Below are positions 18,433 to 28,295 of a stretch of 36,768 nt of DNA, piece after piece; within the stretch, counting starts at the first letter, position 1; every line of letters starts with the position of its first letter. A program made the translations under genes and the position numbers. The notes beneath the pieces are model-generated. The model did not search any database. It was not told where the DNA came from and worked only from the letters and a program-made list of their open reading frames with translations. The stretch comes from a virus, in the IMG/VR virus record IMGVR_UViG_3300045988_160268, positions 1 through 36,768 of that record; one strand, given 5' to 3'.

Positions 18433-19911
18433 CTACTCTTCTATATCTTCAATTTCTTCATCATTTACCATTGCTTTTGCAACTTCTTCTGTTTCTCCTA
18501 GAAATTTAACTCTATATTCCCATGCTTGTCTTATTCCCTGTGCTATATCTTGTCTAAATTCTTGTTTTACTGTTTCTGTGTCAACCATAAAACCATCTTT
18601 ATCTGTTATTGTTACAATACAATCTTCTGTTACTTTTTCTTTGAATAATACTCTTCTTAGTAAAAGAATAGCTTTGCATATTCCACTTACAAATTCATCA
18701 ACACTCTTGCGGTGTTTGTTAGCGTTTTCGATTAAGTCCTGTCTATCTCCAACGTATTGAGTTGCAGTCACTACCGAATTTCCATTAAATTCATAATATT
18801 TTGTTCCTAGCCCTGCCTTAAAACTTAGCATATTCAAAGCAAATTGTATTCCTTCTTTATCTTCTTGTACTCTTAACTCTGGATTGTATTCTGTTACAAC
18901 TGGATTTTCTTTTATGTTACTTATTTCAGTATCTCCATATACAGCCCACTGTTGTTTCATTACGTCATCAGGATATACCTCATATTCTTCTTCTCTTATA
19001 TTTCCTTCTGTATCTTTTATTTGCCTCGTCTTAGTTCTTGTTATTTTTTTGTTATAGAATACTTTTTTCCCTCCAAGGTAAAAGTCCATAACAAAATTAT
19101 TATATGTAATATCACAGGCCATAAGTTGATCAATTGCAGTTCCATATACACTAAATCCCATCCCATTTACATTGTTGTATTCTGTATCAATTGGGTTTGC
19201 TATCGCTGGCTTTAAGATACTAAATAAAGGCACACTAGAATCAACTGTATAACTCTTAGCTATGCCCTCTTTTTTTATTTCATTTCCGTTTTCATCTAAA
19301 TAATTATTAGATATTTCGTATATTTCTTGATTTAATTTTTCATTACATTTTAATTGATGTAACTCAATATAATATTCCTTTTTACTGTCTATAGTATTTT
19401 CACTTACAAAAGCAACATCAATTATTACTCCATGTTCAACTTTTAAAGGCACAATTTGGTTTGCGTCTAAATAAATAATATCTAGCTTTGTTCTTTTATC
19501 CGCATATAACCTTCCTTGTTTATCTACCTTTGCATGTTTAACTCTCATTGTTGCCCCAGCTGTTCCCATTGCCATTGCCTTTTCTATCGCTATTGGTAAG
19601 TCTTTATATACTTTTAATATCTTTAACTGATTATTTAAATATTCATTATTTACCTCAGTTTGTTCGTCCGTGTTCGCTTTTGTTGTTATTTCGTCTCTTT
19701 CTGTAAATAATATACTTGACCAATCCTCTGCTAGTCTTTTTGCCATGCCTAGACTAAACATTTTTCTTTCTTTTCCTGTTTGGTCATGATATTTATGAAA
19801 ATCCACTTTATTTTTCCACCAAGATTCCCATGTTCTCACAAAATTATAATAATCTGTCGATACTGTATTATATCCTTTGCTTTTTAAATATTTTAATACT
19901 ACATTATTCAT
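18433..19911 (-). CDS. portal protein (SPP1 gp6-like)
   Basis: 492 aa between large terminase and minor capsid; FVRTWESWWKNKVDFHKYHDQTG...KMFSLGMAKRLAEDWSSILF. Confidence 0.85.
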   Translation of the reverse strand: MNNVVLKYLKSKGYNTVSTDYYNFVRTWESWWKNKVDFHKYHDQTGKERKMFSLGMAKRLAEDWSSILFTERDEITTKANTDEQTEVNNEYLNNQLKILKVYKDLPIAIEKAMAMGTAGATMRVKHAKVDKQGRLYADKRTKLDIIYLDANQIVPLKVEHGVIIDVAFVSENTIDSKKEYYIELHQLKCNEKLNQEIYEISNNYLDENGNEIKKEGIAKSYTVDSSVPLFSILKPAIANPIDTEYNNVNGMGFSVYGTAIDQLMACDITYNNFVMDFYLGGKKVFYNKKITRTKTRQIKDTEGNIREEEYEVYPDDVMKQQWAVYGDTEISNIKENPVVTEYNPELRVQEDKEGIQFALNMLSFKAGLGTKYYEFNGNSVVTATQYVGDRQDLIENANKHRKSVDEFVSGICKAILLLRRVLFKEKVTEDCIVTITDKDGFMVDTETVKQEFRQDIAQGIRQAWEYRVKFLGETEEVAKAMVNDEEIEDIEE

Positions 19912-19912
19912 T

Positions 19913-21166
19913 TTATGCTACCTTTCCTATGTAATAAGATATTTCTTCAAACCAATATTCAAATGAGTAATTGAAACTATCTAAACTATCTATGTCCGAT
20001 GTTTCCCCATCATCTATCCACCTGTCGTCTTTCGCTTTTTCATCATATAAAGCTGTTTGTAAAGCTTCTATTAAAGTCTGACATTGTCCTTCTATGAAGC
20101 TTATTTTATCCAAATTTAACAACCTATTCCAAAGTTCAATCCTGTTCTTGATTTCAATCTTTAAGCTATCTTGAACTACCAAATTAATTTCATTTGCTCT
20201 TAATTCTCCATTTAAAGAATTGTTTAATACTTGTTCTGCACTATCAGCAAAAATAAAAGATACAGTTCCATATTTGTCCTGTATCTCTTTTATAAAATTT
20301 ATTATCCATCTAAATACTTGTTTTGTGTTTGTTCCTGTTGCTTTCATTGTGCTAGATTTCAATACTTGTACACTTTTAAAGTTTCTACTTATTTTTGTTG
20401 CTGTTATACTATGTTTTGATTTATTTCCACCCCAGTCAATCCCTATACTTATTATAGAATTATATTGAATTGTAGTAGTAATAAATCTTTTATCATCATT
20501 TGCAATTTGTTGGAATATTAATCCTTCAGCATTACACCATTGTCCTAGGATATATCTGTTATAATATACTGTGCCTTTATACTCTTTACACATTTCCTCA
20601 ACAACTTTTTTAGGTAAAAATGGATTGTCAAACAATGTATAATGTTGGACATATACATCAACATCACTTTCTAGGAATCTTTTGATATAATGTGTTCGAC
20701 TTTGTGGATTTCCACTACCTTCACCAACACTATATTCAAAACTTAGTCTTGATTTTAATAATTCAAATACTTCCTCATTAATGTCTACAACCTCATCAAT
20801 GTATAAGTATTTTATTCTAGCGCCTCTAAATTTTCTTACCATGCCGACATTGTCTGCACCAATACAATAAACTTTTTCTCCAAATATTGTAGCAATATTA
20901 TTACTACCTATATCAGTAACTAATTTGTTCCCCCAAATCTCTTGAAGTGGTTCTATAACATTTCTTTGAATAGTCCCCTTTGATACGCCAGCAATAAAAA
21001 CAAGTCCTTTCAAGCCTGCTCTTTCTCTGATTCTCTCAGGTATTAAAAATAATGTATCTATATATGTTTTTCCACACTGTGTTGCTCCTATTTTAAAATT
21101 CCATCTATGCGTAGCATTTCTTATATATTCAGCTTGTTTACTACTTATTTCAATTGTCTTGTCCAT
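19913..21166 (-). CDS. terL: terminase large subunit (PBSX-family-like)
   Basis: GATQCGKTY Walker-A-like, YLYIDEV Walker-B-like, IGIDWGGNKS nuclease motif. Confidence 0.93.
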   Translation of the reverse strand: MDKTIEISSKQAEYIRNATHRWNFKIGATQCGKTYIDTLFLIPERIRERAGLKGLVFIAGVSKGTIQRNVIEPLQEIWGNKLVTDIGSNNIATIFGEKVYCIGADNVGMVRKFRGARIKYLYIDEVVDINEEVFELLKSRLSFEYSVGEGSGNPQSRTHYIKRFLESDVDVYVQHYTLFDNPFLPKKVVEEMCKEYKGTVYYNRYILGQWCNAEGLIFQQIANDDKRFITTTIQYNSIISIGIDWGGNKSKHSITATKISRNFKSVQVLKSSTMKATGTNTKQVFRWIINFIKEIQDKYGTVSFIFADSAEQVLNNSLNGELRANEINLVVQDSLKIEIKNRIELWNRLLNLDKISFIEGQCQTLIEALQTALYDEKAKDDRWIDDGETSDIDSLDSFNYSFEYWFEEISYYIGKVA

Positions 21167-21710
21167 TATTAGCTACCTCTTTTATTTTTATCAATACTTC
21201 TTTTACATTGTTTAAATCTGTTTCATTGTTACCTTGTTTGTCTGTTAATATTTCGTTTAAATCTTTCAATGCAGAAGCCAGCATTTTCAATCCTTGTCTA
21301 TCTATTATGCTTATATATTCGTTTACCTCTTCTTGTTCTTTTGTTACTTCTTTAGATGATTTCAATGCCTTAGAATCATACGTTACTGTTTTTGTTTTTA
21401 TTTTTGACTTTGCTATATGCTTATTGAGTTCTGCATTTGCTTTCAATACATTAAGAGCTAATTCATTTGCTATAGATTTTATATCTACAATTTGTTGGGC
21501 TTCTTTCTCTGATTGTTTTTCTATTACCTTTTCTACTATTTTGTTGCTCTTTTGTTGCTCTGTTATTGCTTTTTTTTCTGACCAGCCTTTTGTCTGTTTA
21601 TTCGTATTTCCAGTGGATTTAATATTTTTGTTTCTTAGAAATTCTTTTACTGATTTATAATCACTTAGTATATATTCTTTTTCTAATTGCTTCCAATCAT
21701 ATTTTGCCAT
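21150..21710 (-). CDS. terS: terminase small subunit
   Basis: MAKYDWKQLEKEYILSDYKSVKEFLRNKNI typical TerS N-terminus; overlaps terL. Confidence 0.8.
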   Translation of the reverse strand: MAKYDWKQLEKEYILSDYKSVKEFLRNKNIKSTGNTNKQTKGWSEKKAITEQQKSNKIVEKVIEKQSEKEAQQIVDIKSIANELALNVLKANAELNKHIAKSKIKTKTVTYDSKALKSSKEVTKEQEEVNEYISIIDRQGLKMLASALKDLNEILTDKQGNNETDLNNVKEVLIKIKEVANNGQDN

Positions 21711-21718
21711 CTACTCAC

Positions 21719-21892
21719 CTACTTATTACTTTCAGCTGTTACCTCTTTGCCTTCTGACACAAAACCTTTGTCAAACAATTCTATATATCTACTATTTTCT
21801 GCCTTAAATTTCTTTCCTACTGTATATTTCTTTAAATCGTTTTCTATGTCATTAAAATCTTTTATTACTTTTCCTTCTATCATCTTTTTCAT
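21719..21892 (-). CDS. 57-aa phage protein MKKMIEGKVIKDFNDIENDLKKYTVGKKF... (not in ORF track)
   Basis: Coding-like frame, overlapping neighbours. Confidence 0.55.
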   Translation of the reverse strand: MKKMIEGKVIKDFNDIENDLKKYTVGKKFKAENSRYIELFDKGFVSEGKEVTAESNK

Positions 21893-21986
21893 TTCCTTTC
21901 TTTTTATACATAAAACAATAGTTGTAATTTTTACACTCTGTGCATTTTGTTCTCATACAATCTTTATATCTCATTTTATTTTTCAT
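21852..21986 (-). CDS. 44-aa Cys-rich protein MKNKMRYKDCMRTKCTECKNYNYCF...
   Basis: Short ORF with CX4CX2CX4C-type spacing. Confidence 0.5.
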   Translation of the reverse strand: MKNKMRYKDCMRTKCTECKNYNYCFMYKKKGNEKDDRRKSNKRF

Positions 21987-21989
21987 AAA

Positions 21990-22106
21990 TCATTCCTCTT
22001 TTGTGCATCTTGCCTTTCCATCTATTTGTATTGTTATTTTGCATTCTTTACTTTCTTTACATCTGTTACATTTTTCTTTTATGAATCTTTCTAATTCTTG
22101 TTTCAT
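21990..22106 (-). CDS. 38-aa Cys-rich protein MKQELERFIKEKCNRCKESKECKITIQIDGKARCTKEE
   Basis: Short ORF; Cys pairs. Confidence 0.5.
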   Translation of the reverse strand: MKQELERFIKEKCNRCKESKECKITIQIDGKARCTKEE

Positions 22107-22124
22107 ACAATACACCTTCTAAAT

Positions 22125-22163
22125 CAAAAAAGAGCTTTGCAAAAGGGGCTCGCATTGCTCTTT
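22125..22163 (-). terminator. intrinsic terminator upstream of the structural operon
   Basis: Minus-strand AAAGAGC aa TGC ... GCA aa GCTCTTT then U-tract. Confidence 0.6.
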
Positions 22164-22233
22164 CTTTATATTTTTCTCAATTATATATATATCATACTTT
22201 TAGGGTGCTAAAAAAGACATAAAAGGTGCTTTT

Positions 22234-22641
22234 TTATAATTTTGCATATTCTTTTATAGCTTTTTTTATTAGTGTCTTTGTATATCTATAAGCCTTATCT
22301 ATTTCTACAGATACTTCTTCAACTTTCATACCTTCTACAAATCTTAATTCTAATATATTCTTATATGGCTGTTCTACCATCTTTATTTTATTCGTTATTC
22401 TAATAAGATTTTCTTCCTCCTTTTGCATAATCTCTATATGTTCAGATATTAATTCCAACAGCCTGGCGATATTCTTTGCCATTTTATCATTATCAGGTGT
22501 TCCTACTGGTATATCAGATAATACTGTAGTAGTTTTAGTAAGTTTTGTTTTTATTTCTTCTATTTGATTTATTTTTCTTTCTTCAAGCTTTTTACTATGC
22601 AAATATGAATACAATTCTCTTCTTGATTCTTTTTCTGTCAT
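22234..22641 (-). CDS. late transcription regulator, ArpU/RinA-like (DUF1492-like)
   Basis: NILELRFVEGMKVEEVSVEIDKAYRYTKTLIKKAIKEY sigma-region-4-like HTH upstream of terminase. Confidence 0.75.
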   Translation of the reverse strand: MTEKESRRELYSYLHSKKLEERKINQIEEIKTKLTKTTTVLSDIPVGTPDNDKMAKNIARLLELISEHIEIMQKEEENLIRITNKIKMVEQPYKNILELRFVEGMKVEEVSVEIDKAYRYTKTLIKKAIKEYAKL

Positions 22642-22805
22642 TAGTATCTCCTTTCGTCTATTCTTTCTAACAATTCTTCAAAACACATGAATATCTCGTT
22701 ATAAATCATTTGTACTTCTCCTTCCGTGTTATTTACTAATGTTTTGTATTTCTTCATATCTTTTTTTAAGATATTTTTTACTCCTTCACTTATCATATAA
22801 TCACC

Positions 22806-23513
22806 TCATTTTTCTTTTGCTTTATTTTCAAAATATTGCTTAACTTCTTCTTTGTTGTCCCATACAATTCCTTCTTCAAATATTTTCTCTGCCATTAAGT
22901 CTATTATAGATTTTAACTTTGGTATTTCATCTTCTACATATTTCCATTTATAATGTCCTGCCGATTTTCTTTTACCTCTGCAACAATTGCTTATAGTTGC
23001 ACTATCTATTTTAAGTTCTCTTGATGCATTTTCTTTACTTCCCCATACTTTGACAAAATTTCCATCTAAATCATATTGTATTAATGGTTTTGTAGACTTT
23101 GTAATTCTGTTAATATTTCCTTTATTACCTTTACTTACTTTTCTTCCTAATACTCTATAAGAATGCCTTATATTTTCTTTTCCGCTAATCCACTCTAAAT
23201 TTTCCACTCTATTATCTATTTTTACTCCATTTTTATGATTTACTTGAGGCAAATTGTAAATATTTTTCAAAAATGCATCTGCAACTATTCTATGAACTGA
23301 TATATTTTTACTAACTCCATTTTTATATAAATTTACCAAAGCATAACCATTTCTAGTTACATTAAATTTTCTATTTTTATTTTTTCCTATCCTTTTAATA
23401 TTTCCATAATTACTTACCAAATATAAATTCTCATATTCTTTAACATTTTTCCATATCTCTTTTGTTTTTAATTTGCCTATCAACTCCTTATTTGCTTGTT
23501 CATAGTCTGTCAT
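22806..23513 (-). CDS. NUMOD4-HNH homing endonuclease-like protein with additional NUMOD1-like part
   Basis: EIWKNVKEYENLYLVSNYGNIKRI...VSVHRIVADAFLKN...VNHKNGVKIDNRVENLEWISGKENIRHSY. Confidence 0.9.
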   Translation of the reverse strand: MTDYEQANKELIGKLKTKEIWKNVKEYENLYLVSNYGNIKRIGKNKNRKFNVTRNGYALVNLYKNGVSKNISVHRIVADAFLKNIYNLPQVNHKNGVKIDNRVENLEWISGKENIRHSYRVLGRKVSKGNKGNINRITKSTKPLIQYDLDGNFVKVWGSKENASRELKIDSATISNCCRGKRKSAGHYKWKYVEDEIPKLKSIIDLMAEKIFEEGIVWDNKEEVKQYFENKAKEK

Positions 23514-23515
23514 GG

Positions 23516-23770
23516 TTAGTCCTCCTTTCTATCAAATAATTTGTCTAAATCTTCTTTAGAAGCTATTGTTAACCAATACATTACTAATAACATTATTACT
23601 CTCACAATTGGTATAAAACAAAATGTATACCACATTCCTTTCTGTCCTTCTTTTGTATATTTTTTATAATCTATTTCATCTCTATTATGTAATAATGTTT
23701 TTATTGCTCTACTTGAAGCAAAGTATATTATTAAAAATACTATTGTGCTTTTTATGTAATATCCTAACAT
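23516..23770 (-). CDS. small membrane protein
   Basis: Two hydrophobic segments. Confidence 0.45.
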   Translation of the reverse strand: MLGYYIKSTIVFLIIYFASSRAIKTLLHNRDEIDYKKYTKEGQKGMWYTFCFIPIVRVIMLLVMYWLTIASKEDLDKLFDRKED

Positions 23771-23771
23771 T

Positions 23772-24167
23772 TTAATCCTCCTTTATTTTAACTGTAATAG
23801 TGTAACCTGTTCCATACCATCCATTTCCATCTGAACCATCTACTTGTAATAACTTTATTCTTATATCTTCACAAAATACAAATATTTTATATGAAGTGTC
23901 GCTATAATCATTTTTTTTATTTGGTTCAATATCATCACATATGAATTGTACATCTGTTATTGCATTATCTACTTCATTAAGTTTCGTAATTGAATACCAC
24001 CCACTTCCGCAAATGTCACATCCTTCATTTGCAATTACTTCTAATATAACACCATTATCTAATATTAAATTGTCTCTTTCTACTTTTACTTTTCTCCCTA
24101 TTAGCAACTCTTTTATTTCTTTTTCGTCACATTCATATAATCTTTTAATTGTTTTATATTTATCCAC
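23772..24167 (-). CDS. hypothetical phage protein
   Basis: ORF in early operon. Confidence 0.45.
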   Translation of the reverse strand: MDKYKTIKRLYECDEKEIKELLIGRKVKVERDNLILDNGVILEVIANEGCDICGSGWYSITKLNEVDNAITDVQFICDDIEPNKKNDYSDTSYKIFVFCEDIRIKLLQVDGSDGNGWYGTGYTITVKIKED

Positions 24168-24169
24168 TT

Positions 24170-24619
24170 TTATTTTTTCTCTCTTTCTTCTATTAGTTCT
24201 TGTAAAGCTTGTCTTCTTCCTAATTTTATTCCATATTCTAATGTTTTTTTATTTTTTCTTCCGCCAACTATTGTTAGTGGTAATTTTTCTTCTTCTATCT
24301 TGTCTTTTACTTTTTGAACTGGAATATAATTTTCGTAAATTATTTGTTTTGCTTTTTGTCTTTCTTCTACTATGCCTTGTATATAAGCCTCTTGTCGAAT
24401 AATTGTATATTTAGTTGCTGTCATTTCGTCTAAATTTGGTGCTTTCAATATATATTCTTTTAATTCTTCATTTTCTTTTTGTAGTTTTTCTATTAGATTT
24501 AATACTATAAGCATATCCTTTTTAAAACAAATCATATTTGGATAATCTCTTTCTTCATAATTGCAAAATACCGCTTTTTTGCTTAATTCCTCAATTGCTT
24601 TCTTTTCTTTCTCATTCAT
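24170..24619 (-). CDS. conserved hypothetical phage protein, coiled coil
   Basis: NLIEKLQKENEELKEYILKAPNLDEMTATKYTIIR. Confidence 0.5.
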   Translation of the reverse strand: MNEKEKKAIEELSKKAVFCNYEERDYPNMICFKKDMLIVLNLIEKLQKENEELKEYILKAPNLDEMTATKYTIIRQEAYIQGIVEERQKAKQIIYENYIPVQKVKDKIEEEKLPLTIVGGRKNKKTLEYGIKLGRRQALQELIEEREKK

Positions 24620-24621
24620 TT

Positions 24622-24981
24622 TTATTCCTCACTTTCCAGCAATTTCTTACTAAAATATTTATGTATGTCTTGTTTTTCTAATTTGTCTCCTCTACACCAA
24701 TCTCTTTCCATTCCATTGCAATTGTTTAATTCTGCATATATATTGTCGAAGCAAATTTCCCAACCATTTTCAACCATGTAATTTTCCATTAAGTCTACTT
24801 TTTTATTTAGCTGTTCATTCTCTTTTAATACTCTTTTATAATCTGATAAAATATGTTCTGTAGAAAGTTGTAAATCCTTATATTGTTCTAATGTCATACC
24901 TACTGTAGAACCATATATTACATTTTTATTTGAAAATCTTTCTAATATTTTTACATATTCTTCTATACTATTTTCTTTCAC
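24622..24981 (-). CDS. hypothetical phage protein
   Basis: ORF in early operon. Confidence 0.45.
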   Translation of the reverse strand: MKENSIEEYVKILERFSNKNVIYGSTVGMTLEQYKDLQLSTEHILSDYKRVLKENEQLNKKVDLMENYMVENGWEICFDNIYAELNNCNGMERDWCRGDKLEKQDIHKYFSKKLLESEE

Positions 24982-24993
24982 TTAAAACACCTC

Positions 24994-25227
24994 CTAAATC
25001 CATCCTAATTCCTCTACTTTCTTATTTATTGCTTGTAGTTCTCCAAAAGTTAATTGTATTAAATTTTCATACTTTTCTTCTTCTAAATTATAATACAAGT
25101 CTATTCTTCTCATGTTGGTTATTTTTATATTAAATCCTGTATCATCAGTATACAAATATCCATTATATACTTCTCTTTTTTTATATCCCAACTTTTTAAA
25201 CATCTCATCTGCTATTTTTTCTTCCAT
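24994..25227 (-). CDS. hypothetical phage protein
   Basis: MFKKLGYKKREVYNGYLYTDDTGFNIKI, frequent small prophage protein type. Confidence 0.5.
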   Translation of the reverse strand: MEEKIADEMFKKLGYKKREVYNGYLYTDDTGFNIKITNMRRIDLYYNLEEEKYENLIQLTFGELQAINKKVEELGWI

Positions 25228-25376
25228 TATGTATTACTCCTCTCCCTTTTTATTTTTTTATGTCTTCTAATTTTTTCTAAAATCTTTATTATAAAAGCAT
25301 ATGCAACAACTCCAATTAGAAAAATTATACAAACTACTATTGCTATTATGTCGCTTAAAGTTACTATTACTTTCAT
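25227..25376 (-). CDS. 49-aa membrane protein MKVIVTLSDIIAIVVCIIFLIGVVAYAF... (not in ORF track)
   Basis: Fills operon gap; single TM then Lys/Arg tail. Confidence 0.5.
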   Translation of the reverse strand: MKVIVTLSDIIAIVVCIIFLIGVVAYAFIIKILEKIRRHKKIKRERSNT

Positions 25377-25585
25377 ATCTTATTTACTCCTCTCTCAAAT
25401 CACATTGTTCCATATTTTATTTGCTCCTTCCACGTTTCTTTCCAAATTTTTGTCTTCTTCTTTCTTCTCTATTTCTTGGTTTTGGATTTTCAGCTTCATA
25501 TAATGCTTGTAATTTTAATCTTTGTTCTTCAGTTAATTTTATATCTGTATATTTCATATATCTTATTTACTCCTCTCTAATTTTT

Positions 25586-25882
25586 CTATGCAAATCCTTG
25601 ACCTTTTTCATAAAGTACCCACTTGTTTTTATCTTGCCTTTGATAGTGTCTTTCACTTAATGGTGCAACTAAATGTATTCTCCAATCATTATCTTCATCT
25701 TTTAATGCTTCTTCCTCAGCTTCCTTAAGAGTCCATAAATCACTTTCATTTTTTATTGAATTTTCATTATAAATTTCTTTTCCGTTTTTAGTTACTGTTG
25801 CAACTCCAAATCCTACTGCTATCAGCATTTCTTCTGGTGCAATATTATTGGTAACCACAATGTAAACATCCTCCGAATCCAC
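25586..25882 (-). CDS. hypothetical phage protein; start may lie upstream
   Basis: ORF in early operon. Confidence 0.45.
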   Translation of the reverse strand: MDSEDVYIVVTNNIAPEEMLIAVGFGVATVTKNGKEIYNENSIKNESDLWTLKEAEEEALKDEDNDWRIHLVAPLSERHYQRQDKNKWVLYEKGQGFA

Positions 25883-26090
25883 CTTTAATAGGCTTTTCTT
25901 TTTTCCACTTCATATCTTATTTACTCCTTTTTATCATATTTATCCAATATCTTTTTATTTTTCATTGCTAAATCAACAACAGGTTGTAGCAATTTAGCTA
26001 ATTCACAGCCTATTCTTTCAACTTCTTCTAAGTCTATTCCTTGTTTTGCTAAATCTACTGCAATTTTCATTTTCTCTTCTTCACTCATAG

Positions 26091-26336
26091 TTACTCCTTT
26101 ACTACTAAATTTGCTTTGATTAAATCATATACTTTGTCTAATATTTTATATGGATTTACATATGGGTCAAATCCTATTGATATTTTTCTAGTACTTACTT
26201 CTACATAATATCTCACTTCACTTATATCGTTTGGCTCTGTAAAAGCATAATAAAAATATTGTTTTATATCTTCGTCATATTCAAATCCATACTTTTCAAG
26301 TTCTTTTAAATTTATATCATCTCTTATTTTTAGCAT
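26091..26336 (-). CDS. hypothetical phage protein
   Basis: ORF in early operon. Confidence 0.4.
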   Translation of the reverse strand: MLKIRDDINLKELEKYGFEYDEDIKQYFYYAFTEPNDISEVRYYVEVSTRKISIGFDPYVNPYKILDKVYDLIKANLVVKE

Positions 26337-26338
26337 AT

Positions 26339-26750
26339 CTATTCTCCTCCTAATAACTCTAAATTTTCATGTACATTTCCTATTACTTCTAAAGTATCTA
26401 TATTTACTGTATATAATAAAAACCATTCTTCGTTATCTATGTCTTCTACTTTTTTACCTTCAATTTCAAAAGGCTTTATATAAAAAGCTCCTCCTATAAA
26501 TTCAACTATTCCTTTCCCTACTTTTGTATCAAAGTTTCCAGTAAAAATATCGTAAGAAAACTCTATTATATCTCCGCTCATATATTTCTTTTCCATTCTC
26601 ATCCTTTAGTCCTGTGTATTGTCCTACTGTTTCTGGATTTATTTTCGCCATACCTCCATTTTCGTTTAAAATAGCCCAGCCATTTATAATAGCGTCACAA
26701 TAAATCCAACACTTATTATTTCTAGCTCTAAACTTTATCTCTCTATTCAT
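26339..26750 (-). CDS. YopX-like protein split across two frames; intact 136-aa product if the C at 26576 is skipped
   Basis: First frame ...GQYTGLKDENGKEIYE-CGG; +1 frame GDIIEFSYDIFTGNFD...; rejoined motif TGLKDENGKEIYEGDII is canonical for YopX proteins. Confidence 0.85.
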
Positions 26751-26764
26751 TTTCTCCTCCTACT

Positions 26765-27370
26765 TTATATATGGCAATCTACTACAATTAAGTATTTGTC
26801 TTGGTTTTCTGATTTATTAATTGTTTCTGTAAATTTTTCTAAAAATAGTTGTTCACTATCTTTTGTACTATCATTCATGGCCCACCAGCCCATTTTTCCT
26901 TTTTCATGCCAGCCTGTTTCATCTAATAATGCCCAACAAGAAAATGTACTTTGCATCTTTGCATAGTTCTCTTTTGTTTCATATCTTTCTATGTAATATT
27001 CCTTTTTATATGGCTCGAATTTAATATTTTCTTTTTCTTCTTCAGTTGTTGGTTTTTGTCCTTCTACATAAGTTTCCCAAAATCTAATTGCTTTGTTATA
27101 TGTATTTTTTATTTCTGCAGATTTTTTGAAATCTATGTCTTTAATTCTTGCACCATCTACCCATTTATAGCCTATTGGGGCTTCTCTTTTTAGATTACTA
27201 CCTTCGTTCATTAAATCTACTAAATCAATTTCTGATATTACATCTTCATTATTAATTTTCGTTAACAATAAATTTCTCCAGCTTCCGCCTATTGAATACC
27301 AATCCCATTTCGAATTAGGATTATATGTACTTAATTCATTTCCGTTCATCATCATATTGCAAATCTTCAT
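26765..27370 (-). CDS. conserved phage protein of unknown function
   Basis: MNGNELSTYNPNSKWDWYSIGGSWRNLL...CWALLDETGWHEKGKMGWW. Confidence 0.6.
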   Translation of the reverse strand: MKICNMMMNGNELSTYNPNSKWDWYSIGGSWRNLLLTKINNEDVISEIDLVDLMNEGSNLKREAPIGYKWVDGARIKDIDFKKSAEIKNTYNKAIRFWETYVEGQKPTTEEEKENIKFEPYKKEYYIERYETKENYAKMQSTFSCWALLDETGWHEKGKMGWWAMNDSTKDSEQLFLEKFTETINKSENQDKYLIVVDCHI

Positions 27371-27617
27371 CTATTTCAGCTTGATATAGCTCTTCATCAG
27401 TTTCAGCATTTACATATTTCAATTTCCAATCACTTAATTCTTTTCCTTCTTTTTGTTCTTTAGAATAATCTTCTTTTCGCTTTCTTGCTTCTTTGATTAT
27501 TTCTTCTTTTGTTCTCTCTATATAAGGTTCTACTTCTAAATTCTCATCATAAGATGCTAACATTTCCTCTAATTTTTCTTTTTTTGCAGTTATAACTGCT
27601 ACTGTAAAATGACTCAT
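27336..27617 (-). CDS. hypothetical phage protein
   Basis: HFTVAVITAKKEKLEEMLASYDENLEVEPYIERTKEE. Confidence 0.5.
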   Translation of the reverse strand: MSHFTVAVITAKKEKLEEMLASYDENLEVEPYIERTKEEIIKEARKRKEDYSKEQKEGKELSDWKLKYVNAETDEELYQAEIDEDLQYDDERK

Positions 27618-28009
27618 TATTCTTCTCCTCCTACTTTATAGCAATTAGCCATATAACTTTCTTTTGTTAATATTATTTTTATATCTTTTTCACAGAAATA
27701 TTTGCAGTTAGTACCGTTTCCTTTTGTTTCTAATACTAGCATTTCTCCTGCAAATAAGTATTTATCTGTTACTCTATAGCCATTCACAAAATCTCCAATT
27801 TCTATTAGTTGTTTACTGTGTTTTACTATATCTTTTTCGTTATAATAATTATATTTGCAAGAAATATGTTTTTCACTGCAATTTGAATTATTACACTTTC
27901 CATCATATTCAATTATTACTTTATCAATAATTCCATCTTTAGTTCTTACATATTCATTTACTTCAATTTTATCTTCCATATAACCCTCCTTATTCTTTCG
28001 GCATTTCAT
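27617..28009 (-). CDS. hypothetical phage protein
   Basis: ORF in early operon. Confidence 0.4.
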   Translation of the reverse strand: MKCRKNKEGYMEDKIEVNEYVRTKDGIIDKVIIEYDGKCNNSNCSEKHISCKYNYYNEKDIVKHSKQLIEIGDFVNGYRVTDKYLFAGEMLVLETKGNGTNCKYFCEKDIKIILTKESYMANCYKVGGEE

Positions 28010-28292
28010 ATACTTTTGGTATATTAAATATATTAGGTTGTATATCTATTTGACCTTGTAAAATTGCTGGTCCACCTTCTAATTTCAAATAGCTTGAATA
28101 TGTTTGTGCAATTTCTTGTAATACTTCTTTTGCTCTTTCTTCTGTTTCGTATTCACCTAAGTCATCATATAAACAATTTACTGTTTCAAGTCTTATAAAA
28201 TATGCTGTTTCTTCTTCATCTTGTGTTATATACACTTGTGTTAAATTATCAAAATTTATTATCTTATCCTTATCTTGACTTACTATTACCAC
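27990..28292 (-). CDS. hypothetical phage protein
   Basis: ORF in early operon. Confidence 0.4.
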   Translation of the reverse strand: MVIVSQDKDKIINFDNLTQVYITQDEEETAYFIRLETVNCLYDDLGEYETEERAKEVLQEIAQTYSSYLKLEGGPAILQGQIDIQPNIFNIPKVYEMPKE

Positions 28293-28295
28293 TCT

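Noticed and set aside
21154-21660. Plus-strand 168-aa ORF MSCPLLATSFIFINTSF...
   Set aside because: Antisense shadow of the small terminase gene with a low-complexity hydrophobic composition
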